Source of the DNA: a virus
Taxonomy: Duplodnaviria; Caudoviricetes
Virus record (IMG/VR): IMGVR_UViG_3300031823_000009
Coordinates: 1 to 50,775 of that record
DNA length: 50,775 bases
Strand: one strand, 5' to 3'
Position 1 is the stretch's first letter, and each line of letters starts with the position of its first letter. A program made the position numbers and the translations under genes. Below, one piece after another: positions 26,803 to 36,159 of the stretch. The notes beneath the pieces are model-generated. The model was not told where the DNA came from and did no database searches. It was given only the letters and a program-made list of their open reading frames with translations.

Positions 26803-28025
26803 AGATGCTCCGCTCAGTTCTTGCCGTTTTCGCATGTTTCGTTGCAATTCCAGCATTCGCGCAGTGGCAAACACCGAATCATTCCACTCCTGTCGGTCGT
26901 GGCGTCGGCGTCATTGGTTTTGGCAGTGTTGGACCGTGCAATTCTGGCGTGCCTATTCTTGGTGCCGGGGGTTCTGCCGATCCGGCGTGTAATCCGCTTC
27001 CTTTAGGTGGTTCGGGCGTTACGGGGAATCTACCTGTTGCCAATCTTAATTCCGGCACCAACGCGTCCGCCACGACTTTTTGGCGTGGTGACGGTACGTG
27101 GTCGCCCCTCAATTTTGGCATTCCTGCTAATTTGCAGCTTAACGCCAGTGTCGCAACGAACAATTTGACGGTTGCCATTAAGGGAAGCAACGGTGCCGAT
27201 CCGTCGGCATCTAATCCGGTGCTGATTCCGTTCCGGGATCCAATTATTGCGAATGGCGATCCAATAATCCGTTCGCTTCAAGCACCGCTCAGTATTTCAG
27301 CCACTTCAGGCTTTGCAGTAGGGTGCAACAATGCCCAAATGTGCCGGTTGTGGGTTGCGGCAATCGACAATGCCGGTACTGTGGCTCTGTGTTTGTATAA
27401 CGCGCGTTCCGCGCCGGCTGGGGCGTTTGCCAGTTTGATTCCTCTTAACGAGAGCAACGTTGCTACGTCTTTCGCGGGATCGGGAGGCGGCGCTAATGCA
27501 CAAGTACTGTACTGTACGTCTGTATCCGTCACAAGCAAGTCGATTAAGGTGCTTGGATACATAGACATACAAGAGGCCACTGCAGGGACTTGGGCCACAG
27601 GTCCGACTACTGTGCAATTGTCGGGTCCTGGCATTCCTATAGCTGGTCAAACGGTTCAAGAAATAGGGATGAACACTGCCGTAACGCAGCTTGTTACATC
27701 GGCTACGCCTGCCACCAGCAACATGACGTTGAGTTTAACTCCTTTCAGTGCGGCTGACATAGTTTCGTGTTCGGCGTCCACATGGGATTCTCCTACGGGG
27801 GCTGGAGGTGAGTTAATAGTGCAGATTTATCGAGGGGCTACAGCTTTAGCTCAATCCATAACAACAGGTCCGGCTAATAGCAATGCAGCCATTGCAATTG
27901 GGCCGGTGTTTGACGTACCAAATTCCGCTTCTTCGCTGACCTATGCGCTGTTTGTCGCTGCGCCAGGAGCCGCGACCGTCACGGTCGAAACCGGCATGAT
28001 TGCCTGTCGAGAGTTGCAGGGATGA
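26799..28025 (+). CDS. Tail-fibre-like protein with Sec signal peptide
   Basis: MKMLRSVLAVFACFVAIPAFA-Q; fibre motif VTGNLPVANLNSGTNASATTFWRGDGTW; 8 Cys in the mature part. Confidence 0.7.
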   Translation: MKMLRSVLAVFACFVAIPAFAQWQTPNHSTPVGRGVGVIGFGSVGPCNSGVPILGAGGSADPACNPLPLGGSGVTGNLPVANLNSGTNASATTFWRGDGTWSPLNFGIPANLQLNASVATNNLTVAIKGSNGADPSASNPVLIPFRDPIIANGDPIIRSLQAPLSISATSGFAVGCNNAQMCRLWVAAIDNAGTVALCLYNARSAPAGAFASLIPLNESNVATSFAGSGGGANAQVLYCTSVSVTSKSIKVLGYIDIQEATAGTWATGPTTVQLSGPGIPIAGQTVQEIGMNTAVTQLVTSATPATSNMTLSLTPFSAADIVSCSASTWDSPTGAGGELIVQIYRGATALAQSITTGPANSNAAIAIGPVFDVPNSASSLTYALFVAAPGAATVTVETGMIACRELQG

Positions 28026-29053
28026 CCGTTCCGTCTTTTAGTTTGCTGGCACCACATTACGCCAAACTGTGGACGGAGCTTGTTCCGTCGCCGGCTCACA
28101 TGCCGGAACTCACTAAGATTTGCAATGGCCTCATCGCGCATAAGGCAACCTATCAGCAAGTTGCGCAGACTGTGTGGGGCGACCCAAAATTCTGGTGGTA
28201 CGTTGCCGTCAACGATCAGATGGAAGGCGGTGGTGGCGCGTGCACTTTTCTTGGTAATGGGCAGCCACTTAATCGCGTCACGACGGAGGTTCCGGTTGGA
28301 CTTGGTCCGTTCGCTAGCTTTTTGGCTGGCGCTATCGCTGCATTGCGGGGCGTTTCAGCGCCGACATCGATTGAGCGTGCAGCATTTGATTGGGAAGCAT
28401 TTAATGGTTGGGGTTACCTCAATAAGCCGATTGAAAATCCTTATCTTGCATCGGATTCGAATGAGTATACTAAAGGTAAATACATTGCTGATCACGTTTA
28501 CAGTGCAAGTGCGGTTAGCGGGCAACCTGGCGCGCTGACGATTTTGAAGGTTCTCGTGGGGCTCGATCCGACGATCAAGATTCCATTGGAAACACAACCG
28601 GAGGTTCCTGTGGCCGAAACTTCAACTGCAGCATCCCAGATCGATATGAACGCTTTGGCCACGCTCGTCGCGGCTCAGCTCCGGGCTCAATCAGCCTCAG
28701 CGCCGCTGACGCCGATGGTTGTTCAAGGCGTGAACATGTCGGGCATTACGCTTGCCTCGACTGTCGCCCATGTGAACGCTTTCATGCCGATTATCGGAAC
28801 GTTGCTCGGGTTCATGCCGCCGCCCTGGAATGCGGCGGGCCCGATCGTGTTGCTCGCGCAACGCGGAATCAGCGCCGCGGTGGATGTGACCAGTGCAATT
28901 CAGACCAACCCGGCTACGGTTGGAACCGTGCTCAATAGCCACATGGACGTGATTGGCGCGCTGGCGGTTCAGTTGGAGAAGCAGTTCCCGAATATCAAGC
29001 CGTGGGTTGATGCCATCAGCGGTATCGCTGCGGCAAAAACTACAACCAATTGA
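28022..29053 (+). CDS. Endolysin, lysozyme family (COG5526-like), with C-terminal hydrophobic extension
   Basis: ME...LGNGQPL..TTEVPVGLGPF...EAFNGWGY...NPYL...YTKGKYIADH...QPG; next to a holin. Confidence 0.8.
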   Translation: MTVPSFSLLAPHYAKLWTELVPSPAHMPELTKICNGLIAHKATYQQVAQTVWGDPKFWWYVAVNDQMEGGGGACTFLGNGQPLNRVTTEVPVGLGPFASFLAGAIAALRGVSAPTSIERAAFDWEAFNGWGYLNKPIENPYLASDSNEYTKGKYIADHVYSASAVSGQPGALTILKVLVGLDPTIKIPLETQPEVPVAETSTAASQIDMNALATLVAAQLRAQSASAPLTPMVVQGVNMSGITLASTVAHVNAFMPIIGTLLGFMPPPWNAAGPIVLLAQRGISAAVDVTSAIQTNPATVGTVLNSHMDVIGALAVQLEKQFPNIKPWVDAISGIAAAKTTTN

Positions 29054-29066
29054 AAGGATGAGTTCC

Positions 29067-29441
29067 ATGGATGACGCCACCACAAGCTTTTTGGAAACCG
29101 TGATTGCCGGACAGGCCCGCCACATCCTTACAGGCGTCGCTGGCGGCCTGGTCGCCCATGGTGCCCTCACAGCAGATCAAAGCAATTCGTTCGTCCAGAT
29201 TGGCGTCGGCCTCGTGCTGTATGGCGTTGGAGCCGGATGGTCATGGTGGCAGAAAAACGGCCAAGCACTCGTTAAGGCACGGTTCGACAAACTTAGGCAT
29301 CGCGTCGCCGCCATTCCAATCGTAACAGCGACTACGCCGACGATTGCGGTCAACTCGGCTATTATTAAAGCAAAGGAAATGGCGGTAGTAGATACGACCG
29401 CGAATCCGGTTCTTCCCGTGACGGGAGATCAGCGATTATGA
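29067..29441 (+). CDS. Putative holin
   Basis: RHILTGVAGGLVAHG, TM segment ending WSWWQK; directly after the endolysin. Confidence 0.65.
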   Translation: MDDATTSFLETVIAGQARHILTGVAGGLVAHGALTADQSNSFVQIGVGLVLYGVGAGWSWWQKNGQALVKARFDKLRHRVAAIPIVTATTPTIAVNSAIIKAKEMAVVDTTANPVLPVTGDQRL

Positions 29442-29683
29442 CTATGCCGGATCGCAAGTTCCCGTGGATTTGGACTGCATTCCTTCTCGCGTTCGTCATC
29501 GGCTTTGCCGTGATCGAAGGATGGGCGCTTGCGACTGGCGGCACGACTTTGTCGCGATACACCTACGAGCTTTCGAAAGATTGGCCCGTCTTGCCATGGC
29601 TGCTTGGCAACGTCACGGGAGGGCTTGCAGTGCATTTTTGGTGGCATTGGACTATTCCTGGAGAAGCGGGCGACGGAGGTTAA
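29438..29683 (+). CDS. Small two-TM membrane protein
   Basis: Hydrophobic, GLAVHFWW; in the lysis cluster. Confidence 0.65.
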   Translation: MTMPDRKFPWIWTAFLLAFVIGFAVIEGWALATGGTTLSRYTYELSKDWPVLPWLLGNVTGGLAVHFWWHWTIPGEAGDGG

Positions 29684-29688
29684 TATTT

Positions 29689-31227
29689 GTGTCCGTTCCA
29701 TGGGAGCGGCCTGTTCGGCTGAGTAAAGAGAGCGTACGGGACGCTCTTCTTTTAAATTTCGATAGATATCGTGAGACATTTTTGCGTGTCCGCCCTCCTA
29801 TAGGCGGCGAGCGCATTCCTTTTATTTTGAACAGCATGCAGCGCGTTCTGCATGCTGGCATTGAGAAGGAACGTGCTAAGTTCGGCATGGTGCGCGCCCT
29901 GGTTCCTAAGGCCCGGCGGATGGGCGTCAGTATGTACATAGGCGGCCGTTTTTTCCACCGTACTGCAACGCAGACAGGCAGACGTGCGCAAGTTGTTGCA
30001 CATCGATCTGACAGCGCTACGAATTTGCATCGGGAAATTAAGGAATTCTACAATGGGCTTCCTGCGTGTGCACGTCCACATTTAGGTGCATCAAACGCAC
30101 GCGAACTGATTTTTGACGTACTTAAATCACTGTACAAAGTCGCATCGGCAGAAGGTGGTGATATTGGCCGTTCCGATGATTTTCACTTGCTGCATCTGTC
30201 GGAGGCTGCGTTTTTTGATAATACGGAGGACTTGTCGTCCGGTTTGCTGCAAACCGTACAGAACCTTGCAGATACGGAAATTATTGTTGAGAGCACGGGT
30301 AATGGCCAATCAGGCATGTTCTACAGCATGTGTCAGGAAGCGCACATTGCACGGAATGAAGGGCCGTGGCGACTGTACTTCTTACCGTGGCCGTTAATGC
30401 CTGAATATCGTATAGCGGTTCCCGCTAATTGGAAAGCTCCGAAAGAATTCGAGGACTACGCTAAATTTCATGCGCTTGATCAGGAACAGACATACTGGTT
30501 CTGGCTAGAGAACTACACTATTACTACAATGAATGGCGGTCACCCTGGAAGCATTCACAGACTAACGAGACAGGAATATCCGGCTACGTACGATGAATGT
30601 TTTATGGCAGATAGTACGCTGGACTTTTTTTCGGCGTCTACTGTTCAAGCTGCCATGATGCGCAAGCCGAGTCCATCAACTGGAGCGCTTAAGCTTCTCT
30701 GTATTGATCCGGCCGGTGATGGGCAGGACAAACCTTTCGTGTGTGACCGACAAGGTTCTGCGATCGGCGCTCGGGTTTGGGGAGAGTTGGCTAATAGGGA
30801 TTACAATGTGCAAGCAGATTGGCTTGTACAGACCTTTGAACGCTTCGGCATGGACGCAATTCTCGTGGATATCACCGGGACCGGCAAGGGGCTCGCGGAT
30901 GCGTTGCGGCTTCGTATGCGGCGGTTTGGAGTGGAAAAAGTGATAGCAGTGAATTTTGCTTGGGGTGCTCTTAACGGTACGCTGTACGGCAATAGACGTG
31001 CGGAGTTGCATGATAAATTTCAGCGATGGTTGCAAAGCGATGTGTCGATGCCGAATGACGAACAATTGCAAAAAGAAGCGGCGGCGTACAAATGGGGCCA
31101 AGGCGGTTGCCGACGTGATGAGAAAGCACGACTGTTCATGACGCCGAAAGAGAAAATCCGTGCGGAGATCGGCCGATCGCCTGATCGGCTTGATGCTTGC
31201 GTCGTTTCAATGGCTATGGAGGGTTGA
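29689..31227 (+). CDS. terL: Terminase large subunit
   Basis: GGAGG + GTG start; Walker A PKARRMGVS, Walker B LHLSEAAF, ESTGNG, nuclease IDPAGDGQD, VDITGTG, SPDRLDA. Confidence 0.92.
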   Translation: MSVPWERPVRLSKESVRDALLLNFDRYRETFLRVRPPIGGERIPFILNSMQRVLHAGIEKERAKFGMVRALVPKARRMGVSMYIGGRFFHRTATQTGRRAQVVAHRSDSATNLHREIKEFYNGLPACARPHLGASNARELIFDVLKSLYKVASAEGGDIGRSDDFHLLHLSEAAFFDNTEDLSSGLLQTVQNLADTEIIVESTGNGQSGMFYSMCQEAHIARNEGPWRLYFLPWPLMPEYRIAVPANWKAPKEFEDYAKFHALDQEQTYWFWLENYTITTMNGGHPGSIHRLTRQEYPATYDECFMADSTLDFFSASTVQAAMMRKPSPSTGALKLLCIDPAGDGQDKPFVCDRQGSAIGARVWGELANRDYNVQADWLVQTFERFGMDAILVDITGTGKGLADALRLRMRRFGVEKVIAVNFAWGALNGTLYGNRRAELHDKFQRWLQSDVSMPNDEQLQKEAAAYKWGQGGCRRDEKARLFMTPKEKIRAEIGRSPDRLDACVVSMAMEG

Positions 31228-31253
31228 CGCATAAAAGTGTACAGTGTAAGACG
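31225..31253 (+). promoter_or_regulatory. Sigma70-like promoter of the RHH gene (-35 box and spacer)
   Basis: TTGACG at 31225 followed by AT-rich spacer with AGTGTACAGTGTA; -10 box not fixed with certainty. Confidence 0.45.
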
Positions 31254-31280
31254 TGCACACCTTCATAGGAGCACGTACAT

Positions 31281-31595
31281 ATGGAAACGGAGAGTTCTGA
31301 AAGCGCAGTTCAAGTGCCTATTGAGCCTGCCAAGCTGAAGCCGAAACCGAAGAAAAAGAAGACTAAGCCTGCGAAGGCTGCCAAACCGAAGCGATCGCAG
31401 AAGAAAGCGAAGTCTGCGGCAAAACGCCACACTAGTAAAAATGGGGCCGCACGCAAGCCTTCTGTCGTATTGCGTGCTTGTCGCATGGATATCCGTTTGA
31501 CGGCCGCGGAGCGTGAAAAGCTCACGCGCAAGGCCGCAGTGATGCGGCGGACCGTGACTAGCATTGTTGCTGAGCTTATTGAGAAGATGAAATAA
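31281..31595 (+). CDS. Ribbon-helix-helix DNA-binding protein with Lys/Ala/Pro-rich (histone H1-like) N-terminal arm
   Basis: KPKPKKKKTKPAKAAKPK then RMDIRLTAAEREKLTRKAAVMRRTVTSIVAELI. Confidence 0.7.
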   Translation: METESSESAVQVPIEPAKLKPKPKKKKTKPAKAAKPKRSQKKAKSAAKRHTSKNGAARKPSVVLRACRMDIRLTAAEREKLTRKAAVMRRTVTSIVAELIEKMK

Positions 31596-31598
31596 CAA

Positions 31599-31630
31599 AG
31601 AGCCCGCGGCTGTCCAACACCGCGGGCTCT
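31599..31630. terminator. Hairpin between convergent genes
   Basis: AGAGCCCGCGG-N10-CCGCGGGCTCT. Confidence 0.65.
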
Positions 31631-31656
31631 GGCCCCCGTCGTGCCCACCCAGGACT

Positions 31657-34600
31657 TTACTGTCCGTTCTGATGGTACTGCGCGGTCGCCGAGGCGTCAA
31701 GTGCCGTGCAGGTGCCGGCAGAGATCGCCCACGCCGTGTAATCACCCGCGGTGATCGCCGGATTGGTAACCGCTCCTACAACGGCGGCTCCGCTTGCTGT
31801 TAGAGTTACCGTTCCGATTGTGATCGGCGTTGCGGTACAAGTTGCGCTCGTTCCGCATTCGTAGAAAGTAATTGTCGGATTTCCTGCGCAAGTGAATGAA
31901 CTAGTGGACCCTATCAAATTGTCTACGGTAGATGATTTTACCCATTTTTGGAATTGAGCAATGGTATTGACTATGCTCGCCTGAAATCCAGGGGCGTATG
32001 TTGTGGACAACTGCGGACCCGGCCCTACGGTACGTCCGCTCAGTTCGTAGGGAAAAATCGGATACAGACCGCTCGCTGTGGCAGCGGAACTGAGTGTCAT
32101 TGAGCCTGGATTGGCAGGCGTTAGCGTTAAAAGTGTAACACCGCCGGAATTACTTGTCGGCCAAGGTGAACTGCCACCCCCGAACTGGAAAGGCGCAAGT
32201 AATAAGTCACCGACTTTGTAGTATGTTCCGAGATCGGTACCAATCACGCCATTACCGTTGCTGACGTTGCTTACGGTTGTACTACCACTGGTAAACAGTC
32301 CGTATTCCAACTGTCCTGGAATTGTCACGCCGGTTTTTATGAGCGCAGTGTTTCCTGAATTCAGGAGCGGCGTTGCGTTGAGATTGCTCGCCCACGTATT
32401 TGTGTTGGGAGTTACCGTGAGATTGTTCTGTTGAACGGCCGTAATGACCGATGACGTAGTTGGCGCGAATGTGCAGTTTGTCGCATCGGGTACCGGCGAT
32501 CCTACTGACAGCACAACGAATATTGTGCCGCTGTTGAAATGGTATAGGATATCTCCCGGAGCCATTACGTAAACGATTCCGTTGCTTCCTAATTGGTAAA
32601 CATTGCAATAATTAAATTGCATCACGTCATTGGTGTAAGTCGGCAATACGGAAATTTGAGTGCCTGGGGAAGACGGAAATGTAAGCTGAGCAGGAGCGGG
32701 TACTGTCATATTCCAAGAGCGGCCTTGTGTGTCTACGTACGTCTTCATATCCTGTGTCATTGGGAAGCGATTGGTAAGGTTTCCACGCGTAAGTACATCG
32801 GCATGGGGATACGAACTAAGGCTAGAACTGGCGGTCATTGCTTCCGCACCAATCGTCTGACTATTGTTGACTAGATAAGTGCCGTTGCCGCCGCCTCCTG
32901 TGCCTAACGCTGTGATGCACGTGTTTGCAGTGACTCCTGCGCCGGTGTATATGCAGGAGCCGATTGCTAGCGATCCGCCGACGACGCCGCCGGTAACCGT
33001 CAACGTGCCGCCATTGGTGGTAGATATCGCTCCTGTGAAGCTTACAGTCGAATAATATGAGCCAAGATAATATTGTGGTACCTGCCAATTGTTAATGGCG
33101 CTGGGGTTATAACGTGGCGCTCCGGCAAACATGCTGCCGGTGTAATTGATCGCTTGCAATTGCATGGGAGTTACCGCTCCCGCTACAGCACCTTGGATGC
33201 CACCTCCATTTAAGACAGCAGTAGTTTGCGACCCACCGCAGAACAAATTTGATATTCGCTGATTTCCGTTGAAATTGACGCCGGTCATGCGAATTTCGGC
33301 GTTTGTGGCGGTTATGAAGCACGCAGGGATTTGACCGTGCAGTGTTTCGGTTAGGTTGAACGTGCTGTTCTTCAAATCTACTAGGTTATTGAATGATGTA
33401 TTAGAAATGAAGTTACCAATTCGCACGCATCCTTCACAATATATTTCCGATATATCGAGAGGGCCGGACAGTCCAAGGTTACCAAAGTTGAACACTTGGT
33501 AAACTGGTGAACAGCCGATATTGCTGATCGGGCCGTTAAATTCACCTTGTTGCATTCCAAGTGTGGTTTGGTCAATTACGGTGTAATTGAATCCACAAAC
33601 GAAATTGCTGATATTAACGTTGCGGCTTTGTGAATTGGTTATGCTAAGTCCGTAGGGATTGTATGCGATATTGAGGTTTTGCGTTTTCAGAAAATCTCCG
33701 TTGTTCTGAGTATTTAGACCGACGGCGAAGGCTACTCCAAACCCATTGATATTGACATTCTTCAATTCGATATCCGACGTGACGGCTTTGCCGTACTGAG
33801 CGCTAAGCATAGTCCACGCCGGAAATGTCAAGTTTGGGTACGGTGCGGATACTGGTTGTGTGCCTGAATAGGCATCTACCGTCACTGCCGCCCACGGCGT
33901 ATGCTGAGTAAACCCGCCAGAAGTCCCCGATGGCGTAAATTCTGGCGGCAGCCAATCGTTCACGTTTGACGACAGGTTGAAACCGCTGCTCATCGTAAAC
34001 AATAGATAATTGTATAGTCGTCCCCAAAACGTAACACCGTACAGACCGACTTGCCGGCCAGATTGAAAATTAATCGCTGGTCTGTCCGTTTGGGTTGGAT
34101 ACAAATTGCATCCTGGTAACTGATTGTACCCACCGCGATACCCACCAGATAGACGAAACGCATAAAATCCATTTCCCCACCCAGCTTGCAGAACGTCCGT
34201 AATCTTGAAGTTTCCGAAACAATAGAAATCAGCGACTCCCGACTGCATTCCGTAATCAAACATGGCTTGGAAAGCGGCTGTGTTGTCAGTGCCAGTGACG
34301 GCATCCGCCCACGCGACTGAAGGGATCGTTAGTGATGTAGGCACGGCTTGCGATGCGACGATATTTCCCGAGCCTACGCTGACAATAGTCGTGCCGCTTG
34401 GAATGATAGGCAGGGAAGCAGCTTGGCGCGTTGCCCAGCCGACGGTTGTGATGTGCTGCCCGGGAGCCAATCCGGCCGTACTTGAAACAGTGACCGTCGT
34501 CGTGCCGTTGGCGGTTGCCGTCCATCCGTATGATCCAGCAATCGGCGACCCTGCATCGGAAAGGGCACCCCATTGTTTTACGTCTACGGCGCCAGATGGA

Positions 34601-34932
34601 AATGAAGCAATCCAGCATTTGCCGTCTGCGCTCGGGACCTGCGCACCGTTGTCGCCGGCCCCTGCATTGAACGTGCAAGCGCCTGCACTTGGATTGTAGA
34701 ACAGCGGCGGCGCGCCATTGCCGTTGCCGTAGGTTGTGCGCCAAACGCCAGTGGGATAGGCTGCCGTAGAAGCTAATGTGAGGGCTGTTAAATTGGCAAC
34801 CCCTCCTGCGCCGCCAGTGCCGCCTCCTCCCGGGTTGTTGGGGAGTTGGCTGCCGCCGAAATTAGGGAGCCCCTGTGCGAAAGCAGCGACGCTAAATATC
34901 AGCAATAAGAAAAATGCGGCTATCCGTTTCAT
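31657..34932 (-). CDS. Tailspike-like beta-helix protein with Sec signal peptide
   Basis: MKRIAAFFLLLIFSVAAFA-Q; VDVKQWGA...DNTAAFQAM pectate-lyase-like tailspike start; N/G/T-rich beta-helix repeats; 18 Cys. Confidence 0.75.
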   Translation of the reverse strand: MKRIAAFFLLLIFSVAAFAQGLPNFGGSQLPNNPGGGGTGGAGGVANLTALTLASTAAYPTGVWRTTYGNGNGAPPLFYNPSAGACTFNAGAGDNGAQVPSADGKCWIASFPSGAVDVKQWGALSDAGSPIAGSYGWTATANGTTTVTVSSTAGLAPGQHITTVGWATRQAASLPIIPSGTTIVSVGSGNIVASQAVPTSLTIPSVAWADAVTGTDNTAAFQAMFDYGMQSGVADFYCFGNFKITDVLQAGWGNGFYAFRLSGGYRGGYNQLPGCNLYPTQTDRPAINFQSGRQVGLYGVTFWGRLYNYLLFTMSSGFNLSSNVNDWLPPEFTPSGTSGGFTQHTPWAAVTVDAYSGTQPVSAPYPNLTFPAWTMLSAQYGKAVTSDIELKNVNINGFGVAFAVGLNTQNNGDFLKTQNLNIAYNPYGLSITNSQSRNVNISNFVCGFNYTVIDQTTLGMQQGEFNGPISNIGCSPVYQVFNFGNLGLSGPLDISEIYCEGCVRIGNFISNTSFNNLVDLKNSTFNLTETLHGQIPACFITATNAEIRMTGVNFNGNQRISNLFCGGSQTTAVLNGGGIQGAVAGAVTPMQLQAINYTGSMFAGAPRYNPSAINNWQVPQYYLGSYYSTVSFTGAISTTNGGTLTVTGGVVGGSLAIGSCIYTGAGVTANTCITALGTGGGGNGTYLVNNSQTIGAEAMTASSSLSSYPHADVLTRGNLTNRFPMTQDMKTYVDTQGRSWNMTVPAPAQLTFPSSPGTQISVLPTYTNDVMQFNYCNVYQLGSNGIVYVMAPGDILYHFNSGTIFVVLSVGSPVPDATNCTFAPTTSSVITAVQQNNLTVTPNTNTWASNLNATPLLNSGNTALIKTGVTIPGQLEYGLFTSGSTTVSNVSNGNGVIGTDLGTYYKVGDLLLAPFQFGGGSSPWPTSNSGGVTLLTLTPANPGSMTLSSAATASGLYPIFPYELSGRTVGPGPQLSTTYAPGFQASIVNTIAQFQKWVKSSTVDNLIGSTSSFTCAGNPTITFYECGTSATCTATPITIGTVTLTASGAAVVGAVTNPAITAGDYTAWAISAGTCTALDASATAQYHQNGQ

Positions 34933-34944
34933 TGCGTCGCCCCT

Positions 34945-35484
34945 TCATGCTCGAATACGGAAACCCCAGCCTGTAAATTGGCCGAACGTGCCGTCTTTTT
35001 TGTCGACTTTGTACGTATATTTGCCAGCGAACTCTTTGTTAGCGGGATCCATGCCGGCGTACAGACTTTGCAGTTGCAGGCGATTTTGCTTTCGTACGTA
35101 ATCGCCGACTTTTGTCGAGCGTGCACACAGAATTGGTCGGAATGCCTTGCCTTCCTTGTCAGTGCCGGCTACTAGGTTATCGAACAACTTTACCAGTCTT
35201 TCGTTGGTTACTTGTTCGAAGCCCTTATTGTGGGCATCTGCAATTTCATGCGCTACGCTGTTGATAATACGGAATTCCCACTGCGGATAGAGGTGCCGAT
35301 CCGGTATGTATAGTTTAAGCGGTCGGTCAAGATTGAGTTGTTTGATAATGCTTTCTATATCCTGAGGCTCGGAAAATGGCGAGAGCCCCGCAGTAGCATC
35401 GTTCACGCCGGGCACTTCCGGTATGCTGGGCGGCGGATTGGGAATTAGGTTTGGGGATATTCCAAAACCTGGAAACGGCGTCAT
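34945..35484 (-). CDS. Conserved head-module hypothetical protein
   Basis: WEFRIIN...GFEQV...ILCAR pattern recalled for genes that follow scaffolds in this capsid type. Confidence 0.6.
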   Translation of the reverse strand: MTPFPGFGISPNLIPNPPPSIPEVPGVNDATAGLSPFSEPQDIESIIKQLNLDRPLKLYIPDRHLYPQWEFRIINSVAHEIADAHNKGFEQVTNERLVKLFDNLVAGTDKEGKAFRPILCARSTKVGDYVRKQNRLQLQSLYAGMDPANKEFAGKYTYKVDKKDGTFGQFTGWGFRIRA

Positions 35485-35487
35485 ACT

Positions 35488-36159
35488 CTACTTCCTTTTG
35501 CTTCGTTGGTGCGCAGCATAGTGGCTCTCAAGAGCCTTAGTCTCAAAAGTTGTTCGCTGTTCTTTCGTGGCTTTGGATGACAGGAGCTTATCGGCAGAGC
35601 GCTTTATCTCAGCTCGAATATCAGGTGGCGCATCGCTGAGCTTAGTCCAAGGTCCTGCACGACGACTGGCACCACGCGTGTTTGAAATGTCACCCTCCTT
35701 AGGGCCATCTGTGCGGCGGCGTTTGCTCTTGCTTTTGCTCTTAGTTTCTTCGTCGTCTTCATCCTCATTCTCTGCGCCGTCTTCATTTTCGGCTTCTTCA
35801 TCGTCTTCGTCCTCTGTGTTAGCAGGCTTGGGCGGTTTGAATTCGTTTTCTACAGCCTTCACGATAGCTGCGGTAAAATCGGCCGCAGTGGCGAACTTGT
35901 TCGGATCCAAGTCCTTACCGAACTGAATTGCTTTTGCCGATCGTTTAGGATCGGTGCCGAACCATTCCTGCTTGTTCAGTTCTGCACGTATTTCGGCGTC
36001 GCCGTATGGAAGCGGTTTCGGAGCCGTACTGATTTCTAGCTGTGCCAGTTGCGTTGCGGCTTTACGAGCGCCTTCTTGGTCGCCTTCTAGCACGGCTTTA
36101 TCGAGTGCAGCTCGCAAACCATTGAGGGCTTGTTCCCTCACCATCGTATTTAAGTCCAT
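35488..36159 (-). CDS. Capsid scaffolding protein
   Basis: Helical, WFGTD motif, acidic tract then basic C-terminus; downstream of portal and GroES. Confidence 0.65.
   Translation of the reverse strand: MDLNTMVREQALNGLRAALDKAVLEGDQEGARKAATQLAQLEISTAPKPLPYGDAEIRAELNKQEWFGTDPKRSAKAIQFGKDLDPNKFATAADFTAAIVKAVENEFKPPKPANTEDEDDEEAENEDGAENEDEDDEETKSKSKSKRRRTDGPKEGDISNTRGASRRAGPWTKLSDAPPDIRAEIKRSADKLLSSKATKEQRTTFETKALESHYAAHQRSKRK

Noticed and set aside
35740-35815. Low-complexity TCATC/TCTTC repeats
   Set aside because: They encode the acidic E/D tract of the scaffold protein.
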